The translations under genes were made by a program, and so were the position numbers. Shown here piece after piece: positions 6,616-16,695 of a stretch of DNA of 32,309 nucleotides. Numbering within the stretch: the first letter of the stretch is position 1; each line of letters starts with the position of its first letter. The notes beneath the pieces are model-generated. The model did not search any database. It had not been told where the DNA came from and saw only the letters and a list, made by a program, of their open reading frames with translations. Source of the stretch: a virus (lineage: Duplodnaviria > Caudoviricetes); IMG/VR virus record IMGVR_UViG_3300027861_000125, positions 1 through 32,309 of that record, one strand, 5' to 3'.

Positions 6616-7986
6616 TTGGCGTACCTGTACTCGGCGGCGGTTCGGGTGGCCGCGCCCACGGCACCCGGCACGCAGACGATCACGGCCGCAGGGGTGGGCA
6701 CGCCCAAGGCGGCTATTCTGGTGGTGGTGGGGGCAACCGCCAGCGGGGTAGCTCGCCCGGATGCCATCCTGGGGCTGGGGTTCACAGATGGCGCGGCCCA
6801 GCGGTATGTCTCATGGCAGTCGGAGTCTGGGCAGGACACCACCAACACAGACAACTGGGCTGGCGCAGACGCTTTGGTGCAACTCATCGACCAGGCAACC
6901 AACGGGCAGGCGGGCAAGGCGGTATTCGATGGGTGGGTGGCAGACGGGATCAGACTGGACTGGACAGACGCGCCGCCTGTGGCGCACCTGGTGACCGTGC
7001 TTTTTCTGTACGGCGCTGATATGCAGGCCAAGGTAGGCGACTTTTCCACCCCAGCGGTAGTTGGTGGGGGCACCGTTGTGACTGGGGTGGGATTTGAAGC
7101 CGACCATGTGCTGTGCATGGGTGCCAATCGAGAGTTCAATAACACCCGCAGCCCTCACTTTTGGTACACCCTGGGGGTTGCGTCCAACCTGTCGCCATCC
7201 GAGAATGTGGGCTTGGGTGGGCAGTTTCGCAACTTCCGTCCTCGCGGGGATGTTGCGGCCTTGTTGGGGTCTACCAGCCTGGGCAGCCTGGTTCAGGCCA
7301 ACCTCGATTCACCACCCACGGTCTCAAGCGGAGCCAAGATTGACAACTACACCAGCTTCGGCTTTCGCGCTCAGACTACCTTCGCTGCCAGGTCCACCCA
7401 CTACGCATACCTGGCGCTGGAGTACGGGGGCGGCGGCTTTGCCGCAGGCATTGCCACCACGCGAACCAGTCTCGGCGTGCAGACCATTGCCACGGGGTTT
7501 CAGCCATCTACGGTGCTGGCCGTTGCCACAACCCTGGACACAGAGCTTTCCGATGGGGACACGGACGCTGGCAGCCTTGGAATTGGGGTGGGCACCAGCA
7601 AGGCGCAATACTCCAGTACCGTGCGGGAAGAGGATGGAGCGGCCCCCTCCAACAGTCAATCCCTGTCAGAGTCATCATTCTTCTCGGTTGGGCCGAGTTA
7701 TGGCGCAGCCGGGTACGAGGCCACCCTGGAGGAGTTTGGCGCTGCTTCTTGGAGTCTGAACTACTCCGTGGCTCCAGCCATTGGGCGAAAGTTTCTCTGG
7801 ATGGCCTTTGGCTCCCCGGAAGAGGATGCCGTCGAGGACGGGCCGTTACGCAACACCGTGGCTGTATCTCGCTGCATTCCCGGCGACCAGCCAACCTACG
7901 AGTCCCGAGCGAGGCGTGTGATTGCCTGGGGTGCAGGAGCCCATCCTGTGGTAGGTTTTCTCCACAAACCATTTCACCACCCATAG
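6616..7986 (+). CDS. Putative tail fibre or appendage protein
   Basis: Three internal repeats: GTQTITAAGVGTPKA, GGTVVTGVGFEADHV and GVQTIATGFQPSTV. Confidence 0.6.
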   Translation: MAYLYSAAVRVAAPTAPGTQTITAAGVGTPKAAILVVVGATASGVARPDAILGLGFTDGAAQRYVSWQSESGQDTTNTDNWAGADALVQLIDQATNGQAGKAVFDGWVADGIRLDWTDAPPVAHLVTVLFLYGADMQAKVGDFSTPAVVGGGTVVTGVGFEADHVLCMGANREFNNTRSPHFWYTLGVASNLSPSENVGLGGQFRNFRPRGDVAALLGSTSLGSLVQANLDSPPTVSSGAKIDNYTSFGFRAQTTFAARSTHYAYLALEYGGGGFAAGIATTRTSLGVQTIATGFQPSTVLAVATTLDTELSDGDTDAGSLGIGVGTSKAQYSSTVREEDGAAPSNSQSLSESSFFSVGPSYGAAGYEATLEEFGAASWSLNYSVAPAIGRKFLWMAFGSPEEDAVEDGPLRNTVAVSRCIPGDQPTYESRARRVIAWGAGAHPVVGFLHKPFHHP

Positions 7987-7998
7987 CCTCCCCTCTCC

Positions 7999-8481
7999 AT
8001 GGTCTCAGTCAACAGCACACACCCTCAGTTTTGGAAAGACCTTATGACCGTCATGTCCGCTGGCGTGAGCCCTTACACGGGCGGAGTGCTACAGGCCATG
8101 CTCCTCACCTCGGACACCACGGCGGACACCGAGTGGACAACCAAGGCGTCCTTGGACCTGTTTACCACCATGGACGAGTATGTCACTTCTGGTCCTACCC
8201 ACTTCCGAGAGACCCTGACTAACATTACCCCTGCCTATAGTGGGACAAGGGCAACATTCAACTTCGATGACATCGTGTGGACTAGCCTTGCTGCTTCGCT
8301 TTCAGGCCGCCTTCCAACCCACTTGTTGATTTACCTCAAACTGTCTGGCGCCGCCATCGATCCATCCCTTGAGGACAGAATCCCTGTGGCTCTGCTCGAT
8401 GCGGCGTTCACCCCGGATGGCACCACTTTCACGGCGATAGTTCCGCTCTTTGGCCTCTTTGGCGTGGAAACCGCGCCATGA
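7999..8481 (+). CDS. Putative tail-associated structural protein
   Basis: LQAMLLTS, FNFDDIVWT, LLIY, PVALLD and PDGTTFT pattern common beside phage fibre genes. Confidence 0.65.
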   Translation: MVSVNSTHPQFWKDLMTVMSAGVSPYTGGVLQAMLLTSDTTADTEWTTKASLDLFTTMDEYVTSGPTHFRETLTNITPAYSGTRATFNFDDIVWTSLAASLSGRLPTHLLIYLKLSGAAIDPSLEDRIPVALLDAAFTPDGTTFTAIVPLFGLFGVETAP

Positions 8482-9227
8482 TTTCCATAAATCTGGTGCC
8501 TGGGACAACTTTGGGGCTTGAGCTTGAGTCCACCCAGCTTTCTATTGGGGTTGACACGGGCAGCGGAAGTTTCTTTGCTTTGGGCGTTCTCGCCACGGAT
8601 GTTCAATCAAGCAATCTGTCCATTGGACTCATCTACGGGGGGCCGAAGAGTCTCATCAGGTCCGTGGCCTTGGCTCTCCCCGAGGCTGCCGAGGCCAGGG
8701 TATTGCGAACTGGACCCGCCGCCCCTAGCCTTGGCCGCAGAACCCTCCCCGACTGGCAGGCGTCTGCGGCCCACTTCCTCGGGCAGATAACAGTTGCCAA
8801 CCAGCACTACTACGAGCACGGCCCAATGAGCATCACCCACAGGATATTTGCCCTTGAGGGGGATGACATTACCGTTCGCGGACGGCCCGTGACGGAGGAT
8901 GGCACGGCGTTACTTCAAGCCAACATCAGCACAATTCTTCTCAACATCTTTGACACAACCAGCTCAACCTCGGCCACCGCGATTCACACGGAGACCCTGC
9001 CCGTCGATCAGATGTTTTTCTCTTCGCTTCAAATCACGAAGGGGTGGCGCAAGGACGCCATCGGCTACTCGTTTGAGCACCAGGTGGACGGTGCCGCTCT
9101 CGTTGAGGGTGGCCGGGTCTACCGATTGGAGTATGTCTTCGGCCTTTCGGCCGGAGGCTCCATCAAGCACGCCGTTGAGGTGGCAATCTCGGGTCTGCTC
9201 ACACCATCCTCAGAACTAGGAAGCTAA
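8478..9227 (+). CDS. Hypothetical structural protein (beta-sandwich C-terminus)
   Basis: ATGA overlap with the upstream gene; GRVYRLEYVF strand pattern. Confidence 0.6.
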   Translation: MISINLVPGTTLGLELESTQLSIGVDTGSGSFFALGVLATDVQSSNLSIGLIYGGPKSLIRSVALALPEAAEARVLRTGPAAPSLGRRTLPDWQASAAHFLGQITVANQHYYEHGPMSITHRIFALEGDDITVRGRPVTEDGTALLQANISTILLNIFDTTSSTSATAIHTETLPVDQMFFSSLQITKGWRKDAIGYSFEHQVDGAALVEGGRVYRLEYVFGLSAGGSIKHAVEVAISGLLTPSSELGS

Positions 9228-9229
9228 TC

Positions 9230-9607
9230 ATGCCTGGAGTACCTGGAGTCTTTGGCCCCTCAATCGAATGTGTAGCCCTCTCTGCCGCCGTTGGCACCGT
9301 GTCTCCCGGGTTTGCGTGGTGCGAGACCGGAGAACTTTTGCAGGCGGGGGCTGCGGGCCAGATCAAGGCCATTTTTTCGATCCCTGACTTGGCGGGCGGC
9401 AATCCGACCTTGGTAATACAGACCTCCATCGACGGGCACTTTTGGTCCGATGTTAGCAACGCTACCACGATTACTAGTAGCACCGATTTTTTCTACACCA
9501 GCTTTTCTTCTTCTGCCGGTAATTGCCCGAAGCCGCTGCGTTACATTCGGCTTCGCCTGACCGCCGCAACGGCTGCAACTGGGTTGATTCATTGGGGCGT
9601 GCTATAG
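9230..9607 (+). CDS. Small jelly-roll-like virion protein (paralog 1)
   Basis: IQTSIDGHFWSDV...LRYIRLRL. Confidence 0.65.
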   Translation: MPGVPGVFGPSIECVALSAAVGTVSPGFAWCETGELLQAGAAGQIKAIFSIPDLAGGNPTLVIQTSIDGHFWSDVSNATTITSSTDFFYTSFSSSAGNCPKPLRYIRLRLTAATAATGLIHWGVL

Positions 9608-10021
9608 GTGCCTTTCTTGTTCGAGCACGGCATCCCGCAGGCTATTGCGCCATCTGTTAGCCTCGCCCACATGAAAGCTAACACCTTCTCGCCAGCTTTT
9701 GAGTGGAACTCCATGGGGCAGGTTCTTCAACGGGGTGGTGCCAATTTGGTATTTGCCATTCTTGGAGTGAATGGCCTTAGTGGCAGAACCCCGGAGGTAA
9801 AGGCTGTTTTGCAGCACGCTACCAACACAGGCGGACCTTGGGTTGATGTTCACCAAACCACCCCCACCACCGCCCTTATCTTGAGCGCCGATGGTTTAGT
9901 CACCTCATCATTGTTGCTTTCTGGCGGTGATCGGCCTAAGCCAGCCAAATACATTCGTCTGCGTTTAGTGTCCGTGGGCAACGATGACAACCAAGGCACG
10001 CTCATGTTTGGTGTGATCTAG
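9608..10021 (+). CDS. Small jelly-roll-like virion protein (paralog 2)
   Basis: LQHATNTGGPWVDV...AKYIRLRL; abuts paralog 1. Confidence 0.65.
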   Translation: MPFLFEHGIPQAIAPSVSLAHMKANTFSPAFEWNSMGQVLQRGGANLVFAILGVNGLSGRTPEVKAVLQHATNTGGPWVDVHQTTPTTALILSADGLVTSSLLLSGGDRPKPAKYIRLRLVSVGNDDNQGTLMFGVI

Positions 10022-10026
10022 CTCCG

Positions 10027-11505
10027 ATGCCGGTGGTAGGGCCGAGGTTTGAGGCCAGGGGGGCGGCTACGGATCTGATTGCCTCGACTGAGCGTGAGGT
10101 GCTGTACGAGGGCCCAGCGAACACGGGCAAGACCCGAACGGTTCTTGAGAAGATGCGGATTTTGATGGAGGAGCCCAGATTCAGCGGTGTGCGCCAGCTA
10201 TGGGTTCGCAAAACACGGAAGTCTCTCACGCAATCCGTTCTTGTGGAGTGGGAGGAAAGCGTGGTGGGAGGAGATCACCCGTGCATCAGAGGAACGGCGA
10301 AGCGGGGGACTCGGGACACCTACTACTACGCCCCAACAGACTGCGAGATTGTCCTTGGCGGGATGGACAACCCGGACAGAATCATGTCTACGCAGTACGA
10401 CATCATCGTGTACTTCGAGGCAACGGAGGGCGAGCTGGACGAGTGGGAGAAGCTGTCAACCCGCGCCAGGCACAAGCGTATTCCCATGGGGTCTGACCCT
10501 GGTGGCCGTCCTTTGTTTTGGCATCAGTTGATTGCGGACTGCAATCCTGCGGCGGCAACTCATTGGCTCAACCAGAGGGCCGCTTCGGGCAAGATGCGTA
10601 GAATCTGCGCGAAGCACTCAGACAACCCGACGCATGACTCGGAAGACCAGGCCGCCCTGGATGCACTCACCGGGGCTCGACGGGGCCGTTTGCGTGATGG
10701 TCTTTGGGTGTCCGAAGAGGGTCAGATTTGGGAGTGCTGGGATGGGCGGGCTATGACTTGCTTTCGAGATGATCTTCTCTGGGACCGTGCCGACCCCTCT
10801 CAGGGGTATCGGTTTGATTGGATGTTTGGGAGCATGGATTTTGGTTTCCGGCACGCGGCGGTTTTTCAGGCGTGGGGTGTGATTGGAGAGAAGATGTACC
10901 TGGTGGCCGAGATATACAAGCGAGAGAAGAACATCGAATGGTGGGCGGGCGCCATCGAACGGCAGTTGGACCGCTGGGACCTGGAATCCATCGCTGCGGA
11001 CTCCGAGGACCAGGGTTCAATCGACTATCTGAACGACAAGCTGGGACCCATGGCTGGCCGCGACGAGGACCCTCTGGTTGTGGGCATCAAGAAGGGTCCT
11101 GGGAGTCGCCTGGCGGGCTTCAACCAAGTCAACGACAACATGGGCCTCGGGAGAATCATCTTGTGCCTGGACGCCATGGAGGAGGGCCCTTGCGAGGTTT
11201 CTCTCAGGCGGAAGAAGCCTACCTGTACCCGGGATGAGATTCCCAGTTTTCGCTGGAAGAAGACGAAGGACGGCCAATCGGACAAGGAGGACTCTGATCC
11301 TTCATGCGACGATGATGGTTGCTTTGCGATGATCTATGCGGATCGGTGGAGGTGGGGGAAGGACTTTACAGACACAAGGGAAATGAGATACCCCCCGGGG
11401 AGTTTGGGAGAGGCTCTTGACCACGCAGAGGTTTGGGATCAGGATGAGGAGGCTGCCGACGAGCTAGTTACCAGCGAATACGACGAGTGGGGAAATCAGA
11501 CATGA
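10027..11505 (+). CDS. terL: Terminase large subunit
   Basis: Walker A GPANTGKT, Walker B-like IIVYFEATE, coupling motif DCNP, RNase H-fold SMDFGF and ADSED. Confidence 0.93.
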   Translation: MPVVGPRFEARGAATDLIASTEREVLYEGPANTGKTRTVLEKMRILMEEPRFSGVRQLWVRKTRKSLTQSVLVEWEESVVGGDHPCIRGTAKRGTRDTYYYAPTDCEIVLGGMDNPDRIMSTQYDIIVYFEATEGELDEWEKLSTRARHKRIPMGSDPGGRPLFWHQLIADCNPAAATHWLNQRAASGKMRRICAKHSDNPTHDSEDQAALDALTGARRGRLRDGLWVSEEGQIWECWDGRAMTCFRDDLLWDRADPSQGYRFDWMFGSMDFGFRHAAVFQAWGVIGEKMYLVAEIYKREKNIEWWAGAIERQLDRWDLESIAADSEDQGSIDYLNDKLGPMAGRDEDPLVVGIKKGPGSRLAGFNQVNDNMGLGRIILCLDAMEEGPCEVSLRRKKPTCTRDEIPSFRWKKTKDGQSDKEDSDPSCDDDGCFAMIYADRWRWGKDFTDTREMRYPPGSLGEALDHAEVWDQDEEAADELVTSEYDEWGNQT

Positions 11506-13385
11506 AAGACACCAAGGGCCTCTGGCCTTCACGGATTGAGGCGGACGAACAGTATCTCGAAGACCATCTTTTCTCCCTGGAGGGGATGATTCGGGCTGGT
11601 GGCGGCCCGCACTATTCTCGGTCAAGTGGGCCGGGCACCTATACCCCGGAGAACCATTACCACAGCTACACGACGCTAATGGTCGCTCGTTTGATGCACG
11701 ACAACCCCCGGGTCCGTTGCACGACCAGGCGCCCTGGGAGCCAGATGGAAGCGGCGGAGGCGATTAGGCACGGGCTCAACAGGTGGGTTCGGGATGTCAA
11801 CCTAAGAGAGGTTGGTCAGATTCTCGCCTACGATTTTAGCTATATGTGGGGGATGGCGATGGTCCGTCAAAGCCCGAACCGGCACATGGGGAAGACCACC
11901 GAGCGTTGGATATGGGACGATGACGGCTCAGTTCGAGTGGAGAAGCCGACGAGTCTATGGCCCGCTGTCTATCGCATTCCGCAACACCAAGTCATCATCG
12001 ACACGCAGGCCCTTACCACGAATGAGGCGGAATACATGGGCCATCTCTGGTATCAGGAGGCGAAGTCGATCATGGCCGAGGCCAAGGCGGACTCGGAAGC
12101 AGGTTGGAATATAGGGGCTCTTGAGGGTTTGCTGGGTTCAGCCGGGACCCAAGGGGGTTCTGCTTCCAAGTCTGACCCTGACAGGAAGGCGCGGTCGATG
12201 GACCCAAAGAAGCATGAGATCGAGTTTTTGACCTTGTGGGTTCCCGGAAACCAAGTTGACGAGGAGCACGGGCCCGACAAGGGGTATCACGGCGCCCTGC
12301 TCACCTATGCACGCAATTCATCTACATCGGGGGGGCGTTTTGCCGAGGTGAAAAAGCCCGAGCCCTACTATGGCCCGCCCTCTGGTCCCTACCAGTTGTT
12401 CGGCGCGTACCGGCTGCCAAACAAGCTACTTCCCTTGAGCCCCCTGGTGGCTGTAGAGGGTCAGATTCGGGAGCTAAACCGCCAGGCCAGGGCCTTGTCT
12501 CGTTCGAGCGAGCGGCACAAGCGGGTTATTTTGTTCGATGAGAAGCACAAGAAGACCGCGCTGAAACTCAAGAGCGCACAGCATGACTTCTTTGTTGGAA
12601 TCCCTGGGTTTGACAAGGCAAAGTTTGCGGAGGTAGAGGTGGGCGGAGCTACGGACAGCCAATACAAGTCTGTGGCCTACCACCACGACAGGTTGAACCG
12701 CATTTCTGCGATGGACGAAGCGCAGTCGGGTAATGTTACCGGCGTTGGCACGGCCACGGAACACTCCATCGCAAACGAGGCGAGTTCAACGCGAGTGAAC
12801 TTCCTTAAGCAGCAGTTTTCAGAAAGCATGAGCCAAGTTCTTCGCAAGGTGGCCTGGTTTCTTTACCACGACGATAGGGTTGTGTTCCCCCTTGGAGAGG
12901 AGGCGGCGGAGGATCTCTTGATGGACGAGCCTTGGTTCCATGGCGGCACACACGACAAGGACTCTGACGCTAACTTTGATGACCTTGAGTTGGAGATTGA
13001 GGCGTACTCTATGCAGCGTGCCGATGAGGCTGCGGTTAGGGCGCAGACGCAGGAGGGCATCTTCTGGCTCTTGCAGACGGCGCCCATGCGGGCGCAGTTA
13101 CCTTTCTTGGATTGGGACCGGGTAGACACCTTGGCCGCCCAGGTGTTTGGAATGCCGGATCTTGCTGGCCTGGTGGACAACCAGGCGGCCCTTGAGATGG
13201 GGCCATTTGAAGAGGGTGGGGCAGACAAGCAGCCCCGTCTTTCTAGGGATGTGGGCTCCGCAAAGAACTGGGGGGCATCCTTCGCAGGAGCTAGGCCCAC
13301 GGCGCAGGGCCCTCCGACGCCTATGATGCAAGCGGGGGCGATGCCTGGAGGCAATGCTGGCCTTGGACCGGAGATGGGGGTATGA
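11502..13385 (+). CDS. Portal protein
   Basis: Follows terL with an ATGA overlap at 11502; about 627 aa, GTATE motif of P22-like portals, low-complexity C-terminus. Confidence 0.85.
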   Translation: MKDTKGLWPSRIEADEQYLEDHLFSLEGMIRAGGGPHYSRSSGPGTYTPENHYHSYTTLMVARLMHDNPRVRCTTRRPGSQMEAAEAIRHGLNRWVRDVNLREVGQILAYDFSYMWGMAMVRQSPNRHMGKTTERWIWDDDGSVRVEKPTSLWPAVYRIPQHQVIIDTQALTTNEAEYMGHLWYQEAKSIMAEAKADSEAGWNIGALEGLLGSAGTQGGSASKSDPDRKARSMDPKKHEIEFLTLWVPGNQVDEEHGPDKGYHGALLTYARNSSTSGGRFAEVKKPEPYYGPPSGPYQLFGAYRLPNKLLPLSPLVAVEGQIRELNRQARALSRSSERHKRVILFDEKHKKTALKLKSAQHDFFVGIPGFDKAKFAEVEVGGATDSQYKSVAYHHDRLNRISAMDEAQSGNVTGVGTATEHSIANEASSTRVNFLKQQFSESMSQVLRKVAWFLYHDDRVVFPLGEEAAEDLLMDEPWFHGGTHDKDSDANFDDLELEIEAYSMQRADEAAVRAQTQEGIFWLLQTAPMRAQLPFLDWDRVDTLAAQVFGMPDLAGLVDNQAALEMGPFEEGGADKQPRLSRDVGSAKNWGASFAGARPTAQGPPTPMMQAGAMPGGNAGLGPEMGV

Positions 13386-13699
13386 CTCTCTACCCGTTTG
13401 TGGACGAGAAAACCGGCCTGGATGTTGACCTAAACTTTCCCATGGGGCGAGCCCCCAAGATTGGGGATACGGTTGTTCGGGGTGGAGCGGTACTCCGAAG
13501 GGTGCCTGGGCACCAAGAAATAAGCCCAAGGACTGACGATATTTTCTGGAATTACCAGATTGGGCGTGAGACGCAGGCTGCGAAGGATGCCGATTTTCAT
13601 ACCGCTAGTGGGGTTCCTGGGTGGAAAAACAGGGCGAGTGCTCGAACATGGGCAGAAAAGCGCACCGACCAGGGGCTTGAAGCGGACTTCGAGGGGTAG
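13382..13699 (+). CDS. Small protein resembling an FmdB-type ribbon but lacking cysteines
   Basis: MTLYPFVDEKTG...FPM...LRRVP; usual position between portal and scaffold. Confidence 0.6.
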   Translation: MTLYPFVDEKTGLDVDLNFPMGRAPKIGDTVVRGGAVLRRVPGHQEISPRTDDIFWNYQIGRETQAAKDADFHTASGVPGWKNRASARTWAEKRTDQGLEADFEG

Positions 13700-13711
13700 T
13701 AGATATAGGCC

Positions 13712-14782
13712 ATGGATCAAACGCCCGAAGCGGGGGAAGCAAACGCCCAAGACCCTGGGATCGCTTGGTTGCAGGAAAACGAGGCTGCCTACTCCGAAGA
13801 CCCCTCCATCCCTCTGGCCGAGGCCCTGCGCGGCGATGTTCCCCAAGAAGAGACCTCCTCTGAGCGCGTGGCTGCGGCCCTTCGTGAAGGGGTGGCGGCG
13901 GACAAGAAGGGCGAGACCCAAAAAGACACACCCTTGCCTGGTGTCAAGGGCGGGGACGGACCCTCTGAGGGAGACGATCATGCCTCCGGTTCCTCCGAGA
14001 AGAAGTCCCCCTTGTACAAAAAGGCGCTCGCCGCTCTCAATCGCGGATTGCAGTTGCCTGGTGATTTGAAGAAAACGACAATCGACGCGATGAGTGGAGA
14101 GCAAGTGCTCGAAGCTGGTTTGGCTATGGCGGAAACGCAGGCCGAACAAGATCGCGTTGGCAGCGAATTAGGGCGCATGAAGGCGCAGGACTCGAATGAA
14201 TACACGGATGCGGACTCTAGCCTTGGGGCTACAGAACCCGCCGAGGGCTCCCTCGACTTGTCTGACATTCTTGAACCCTACGACCTCGACCTCGACCCAG
14301 AGGATTTGCCCGAGGCCCTTACAGCGGTCGCCAACGCTGCTGTCAAGCAGGCTAGGGGGGAGGTGAGCAAAGAGCTTTCCGCCCTTCGAGCCGGTTTTGA
14401 GAGCTATGTTGTTGACCAGGTAGGGAGGCAGATGGAGGGACGATTCCCCCAACTGCGGGACGCGGAGAGCCGCGCCGAGGTTTACAAGAAGATGCGCGAG
14501 ATTGCTCCGACTGTGGAGTACGAGAAGGGCGACACGCTCTATCGTCGTACAGAAAAGCAGATGGATCTTGCTTGTCAGCTTGCCCTTGGCACGACCGCCG
14601 CATCTCAATTTAGCGAGAACCACCCGGGCGCACGCTCTCAGCCGCCTCGTCCCTCCCGTAGATCGCCAACACAGTCCGCTTCCTCTGGATCGCAGAGGGA
14701 TAAGGACTTCGCGTTTCTTACCACCTATGAGGATACTGGGGGCAATTTGTCGGCAGCGAAGAGGGCGTACTCGGGTAACTAG
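13712..14782 (+). CDS. Capsid scaffolding protein
   Basis: Acidic, helical, low-complexity protein immediately upstream of the capsid gene. Confidence 0.7.
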   Translation: MDQTPEAGEANAQDPGIAWLQENEAAYSEDPSIPLAEALRGDVPQEETSSERVAAALREGVAADKKGETQKDTPLPGVKGGDGPSEGDDHASGSSEKKSPLYKKALAALNRGLQLPGDLKKTTIDAMSGEQVLEAGLAMAETQAEQDRVGSELGRMKAQDSNEYTDADSSLGATEPAEGSLDLSDILEPYDLDLDPEDLPEALTAVANAAVKQARGEVSKELSALRAGFESYVVDQVGRQMEGRFPQLRDAESRAEVYKKMREIAPTVEYEKGDTLYRRTEKQMDLACQLALGTTAASQFSENHPGARSQPPRPSRRSPTQSASSGSQRDKDFAFLTTYEDTGGNLSAAKRAYSGN

Positions 14783-14821
14783 CAGAGCGAAAGCCTTGCC
14801 CTAGACTCAAGGAGTCTTTTA

Positions 14822-16048
14822 GTGGACCTTTTTACAGACTTTCTCCTGGCAACGGGAGATGCAGATGTTGGCGGAGCCAACGGCATTAACAACCTTCTCT
14901 CCCGCAAGGGCTATATGTTGCAACTTATGTTGCGAGGCCGCGACGGGTTTGAATCCTGTCAGGGCGGAAACAAGATTCGCGGGGATGTCTTGATCCGCGA
15001 TGTGAGCACCTACCGGACCTACAAGCCCGGCCAAAAGCAAACCTGGTCTAACCCGCAGGTATTGGACAACTGGGAGATCGACTGGCGGTTTTCTCTTGAC
15101 CATATGGCTTGGAACGACCAGGAGATCGAACTCAACGCGAGTCCCGATCTACAGAGCGAATACCGCTACCAACAGTTTGTCAATATGCGGCGCAAGATCA
15201 ACATGAGGACTGTCACCTCTATGGCGCACGGCATGGAAGACGAGTTTTGGGCGCTCCCTAGCAAGGCAGACATGGAGGACTCTGCTGGCAAGGAGATCAA
15301 CTCCCTCGCGCTGTTCTCTAACGAACTCCAAAATGCTGCGGGAACCCTGAACGGCCTCTACTCTAGTTACAGGGCAAGCAAAGAGGTTCAGGGCATCAAC
15401 AAGGAAACCTTCTCGGCCTGGGACAACGCCCGGGCAGAGTACAAAAATATTGGTGTGACCTCTGGATCGGCCCCGCACTTGTTTGATGCGTTTGATGACA
15501 TCATTCTGGAAACGGGCATCAAGCAGGTTCCCGGCCCGGAGGGGGCGGAGATGAGCGACGCCCCTTCTGTCCACAATGTTTGCGTTACCGGGAAGAGGGG
15601 CTTTACCAACTTCCAGCGGTCTCTTCGTGTGAACCAAGACTGGTTCCGCATGGGTTCGCAAAACCCGGCCTATCCTGGCCCGACATTCAACGGCATCCAG
15701 CTTTTGTATGTTCAGGCTCTTGATACTGCGCCAATCTATCCCACGGCGGCAAATGCCGCCTATGGAACCGAAACGACCTACAGCACCTTCGATGACGCCA
15801 CCAACAATAGTGCGCTCGACATTGGGGCGGGCACGGACTCGGCCAATAATGATGGCCCGCGCTACCACTTCCTTGATTTTGATTGGCTGCACAAGGTTAT
15901 GCACTCGCGGCGTTATTTCCGCAAACTTCCCATGAAGTCGCCTTCCAACCAAGCAACTGACCATGTGATCCCTTGCGACACCTGGCACAACAATATGTGC
16001 CGCGACTTCCGCCGCCAAGGCATTGTTTACCCCACAGCCACCATTTAG
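14822..16048 (+). CDS. Major capsid protein (HK97 fold)
   Basis: 408 aa, AAGGAG Shine-Dalgarno, GGNKI...DW...EIELN and TFNGI...RRQG patterns, expected position. Confidence 0.85.
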   Translation: MDLFTDFLLATGDADVGGANGINNLLSRKGYMLQLMLRGRDGFESCQGGNKIRGDVLIRDVSTYRTYKPGQKQTWSNPQVLDNWEIDWRFSLDHMAWNDQEIELNASPDLQSEYRYQQFVNMRRKINMRTVTSMAHGMEDEFWALPSKADMEDSAGKEINSLALFSNELQNAAGTLNGLYSSYRASKEVQGINKETFSAWDNARAEYKNIGVTSGSAPHLFDAFDDIILETGIKQVPGPEGAEMSDAPSVHNVCVTGKRGFTNFQRSLRVNQDWFRMGSQNPAYPGPTFNGIQLLYVQALDTAPIYPTAANAAYGTETTYSTFDDATNNSALDIGAGTDSANNDGPRYHFLDFDWLHKVMHSRRYFRKLPMKSPSNQATDHVIPCDTWHNNMCRDFRRQGIVYPTATI

Positions 16049-16059
16049 GAACCGTTCCC

Positions 16060-16617
16060 ATGAGTACCAACCAAACTTTTTCCCCCGTGGGGATTGCGCC
16101 CCCCTTCAAAGGGTTCATCCCTGATGGGAGCACGGTTCTTCGTCTTCTCAATTCGACTGACGGAGCCGCGTTTACCGCTGGTGAGGTGGTGGAGCTGATT
16201 CCCGAGGGAACTGATGCAACCACCCTCACAAGTGAAACGAGCGGCGATTTTGTGGACATGACGGCACCAACGGTTCCGGCTGCCACCGATGCTGGCAGCA
16301 ATGTTTCTACGAAATGCTATGGCGTTCTCCTTGAGGACATCGCTGATGACGCCTTTGGCCTCGTTCTCACTAGGGGCGAATTAGTGGTCGCCAATGTTGA
16401 TGGCGCACTCGGCGCCATTGATCTCGATGACGCCCTTTATATTGGCGGGGCGTCTGATCTTAACCGCCTTGCCAATGTCGAAGACCTCCCTGCTGGCGAA
16501 ACGGTCAAGGTGATTGCCCGGGCGAGAAACGCAACGCAAATGACGAGCGCGACGGGCCAGATCGCCGTTCTTTTCAACGGGATTGAGGGTTTCGGAACCG
16601 TCCAGGGTCTGGCGTAA
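16060..16617 (+). CDS. Capsid decoration/cement protein
   Basis: ATG at 16060 after the capsid gene; YGVLLEDIADDAFGLVLTRG motif. Confidence 0.65.
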   Translation: MSTNQTFSPVGIAPPFKGFIPDGSTVLRLLNSTDGAAFTAGEVVELIPEGTDATTLTSETSGDFVDMTAPTVPAATDAGSNVSTKCYGVLLEDIADDAFGLVLTRGELVVANVDGALGAIDLDDALYIGGASDLNRLANVEDLPAGETVKVIARARNATQMTSATGQIAVLFNGIEGFGTVQGLA

Positions 16618-16639
16618 CGGTCAAACTTAGCCCTATCAA

Positions 16640-16683
16640 GGGGCTTCTGGGGGCGTAACCCCCCCCGGGAGCCCCGTATTTTT
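16640..16683 (+). terminator. Rho-independent terminator after the capsid genes
   Basis: GGGGCTTCTGGGGG...CCCCCGGGAGCCCC stem followed by GTATTTTT. Confidence 0.7.
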
Positions 16684-16695
16684 CGGGAGTGTTGC

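Noticed and set aside
15149-16018. Long antisense ORFs (also 6201-7145, 456-1211, 13430-14149)
   Set aside because: Expected opposite real genes in GC-rich DNA; no recognisable motifs.
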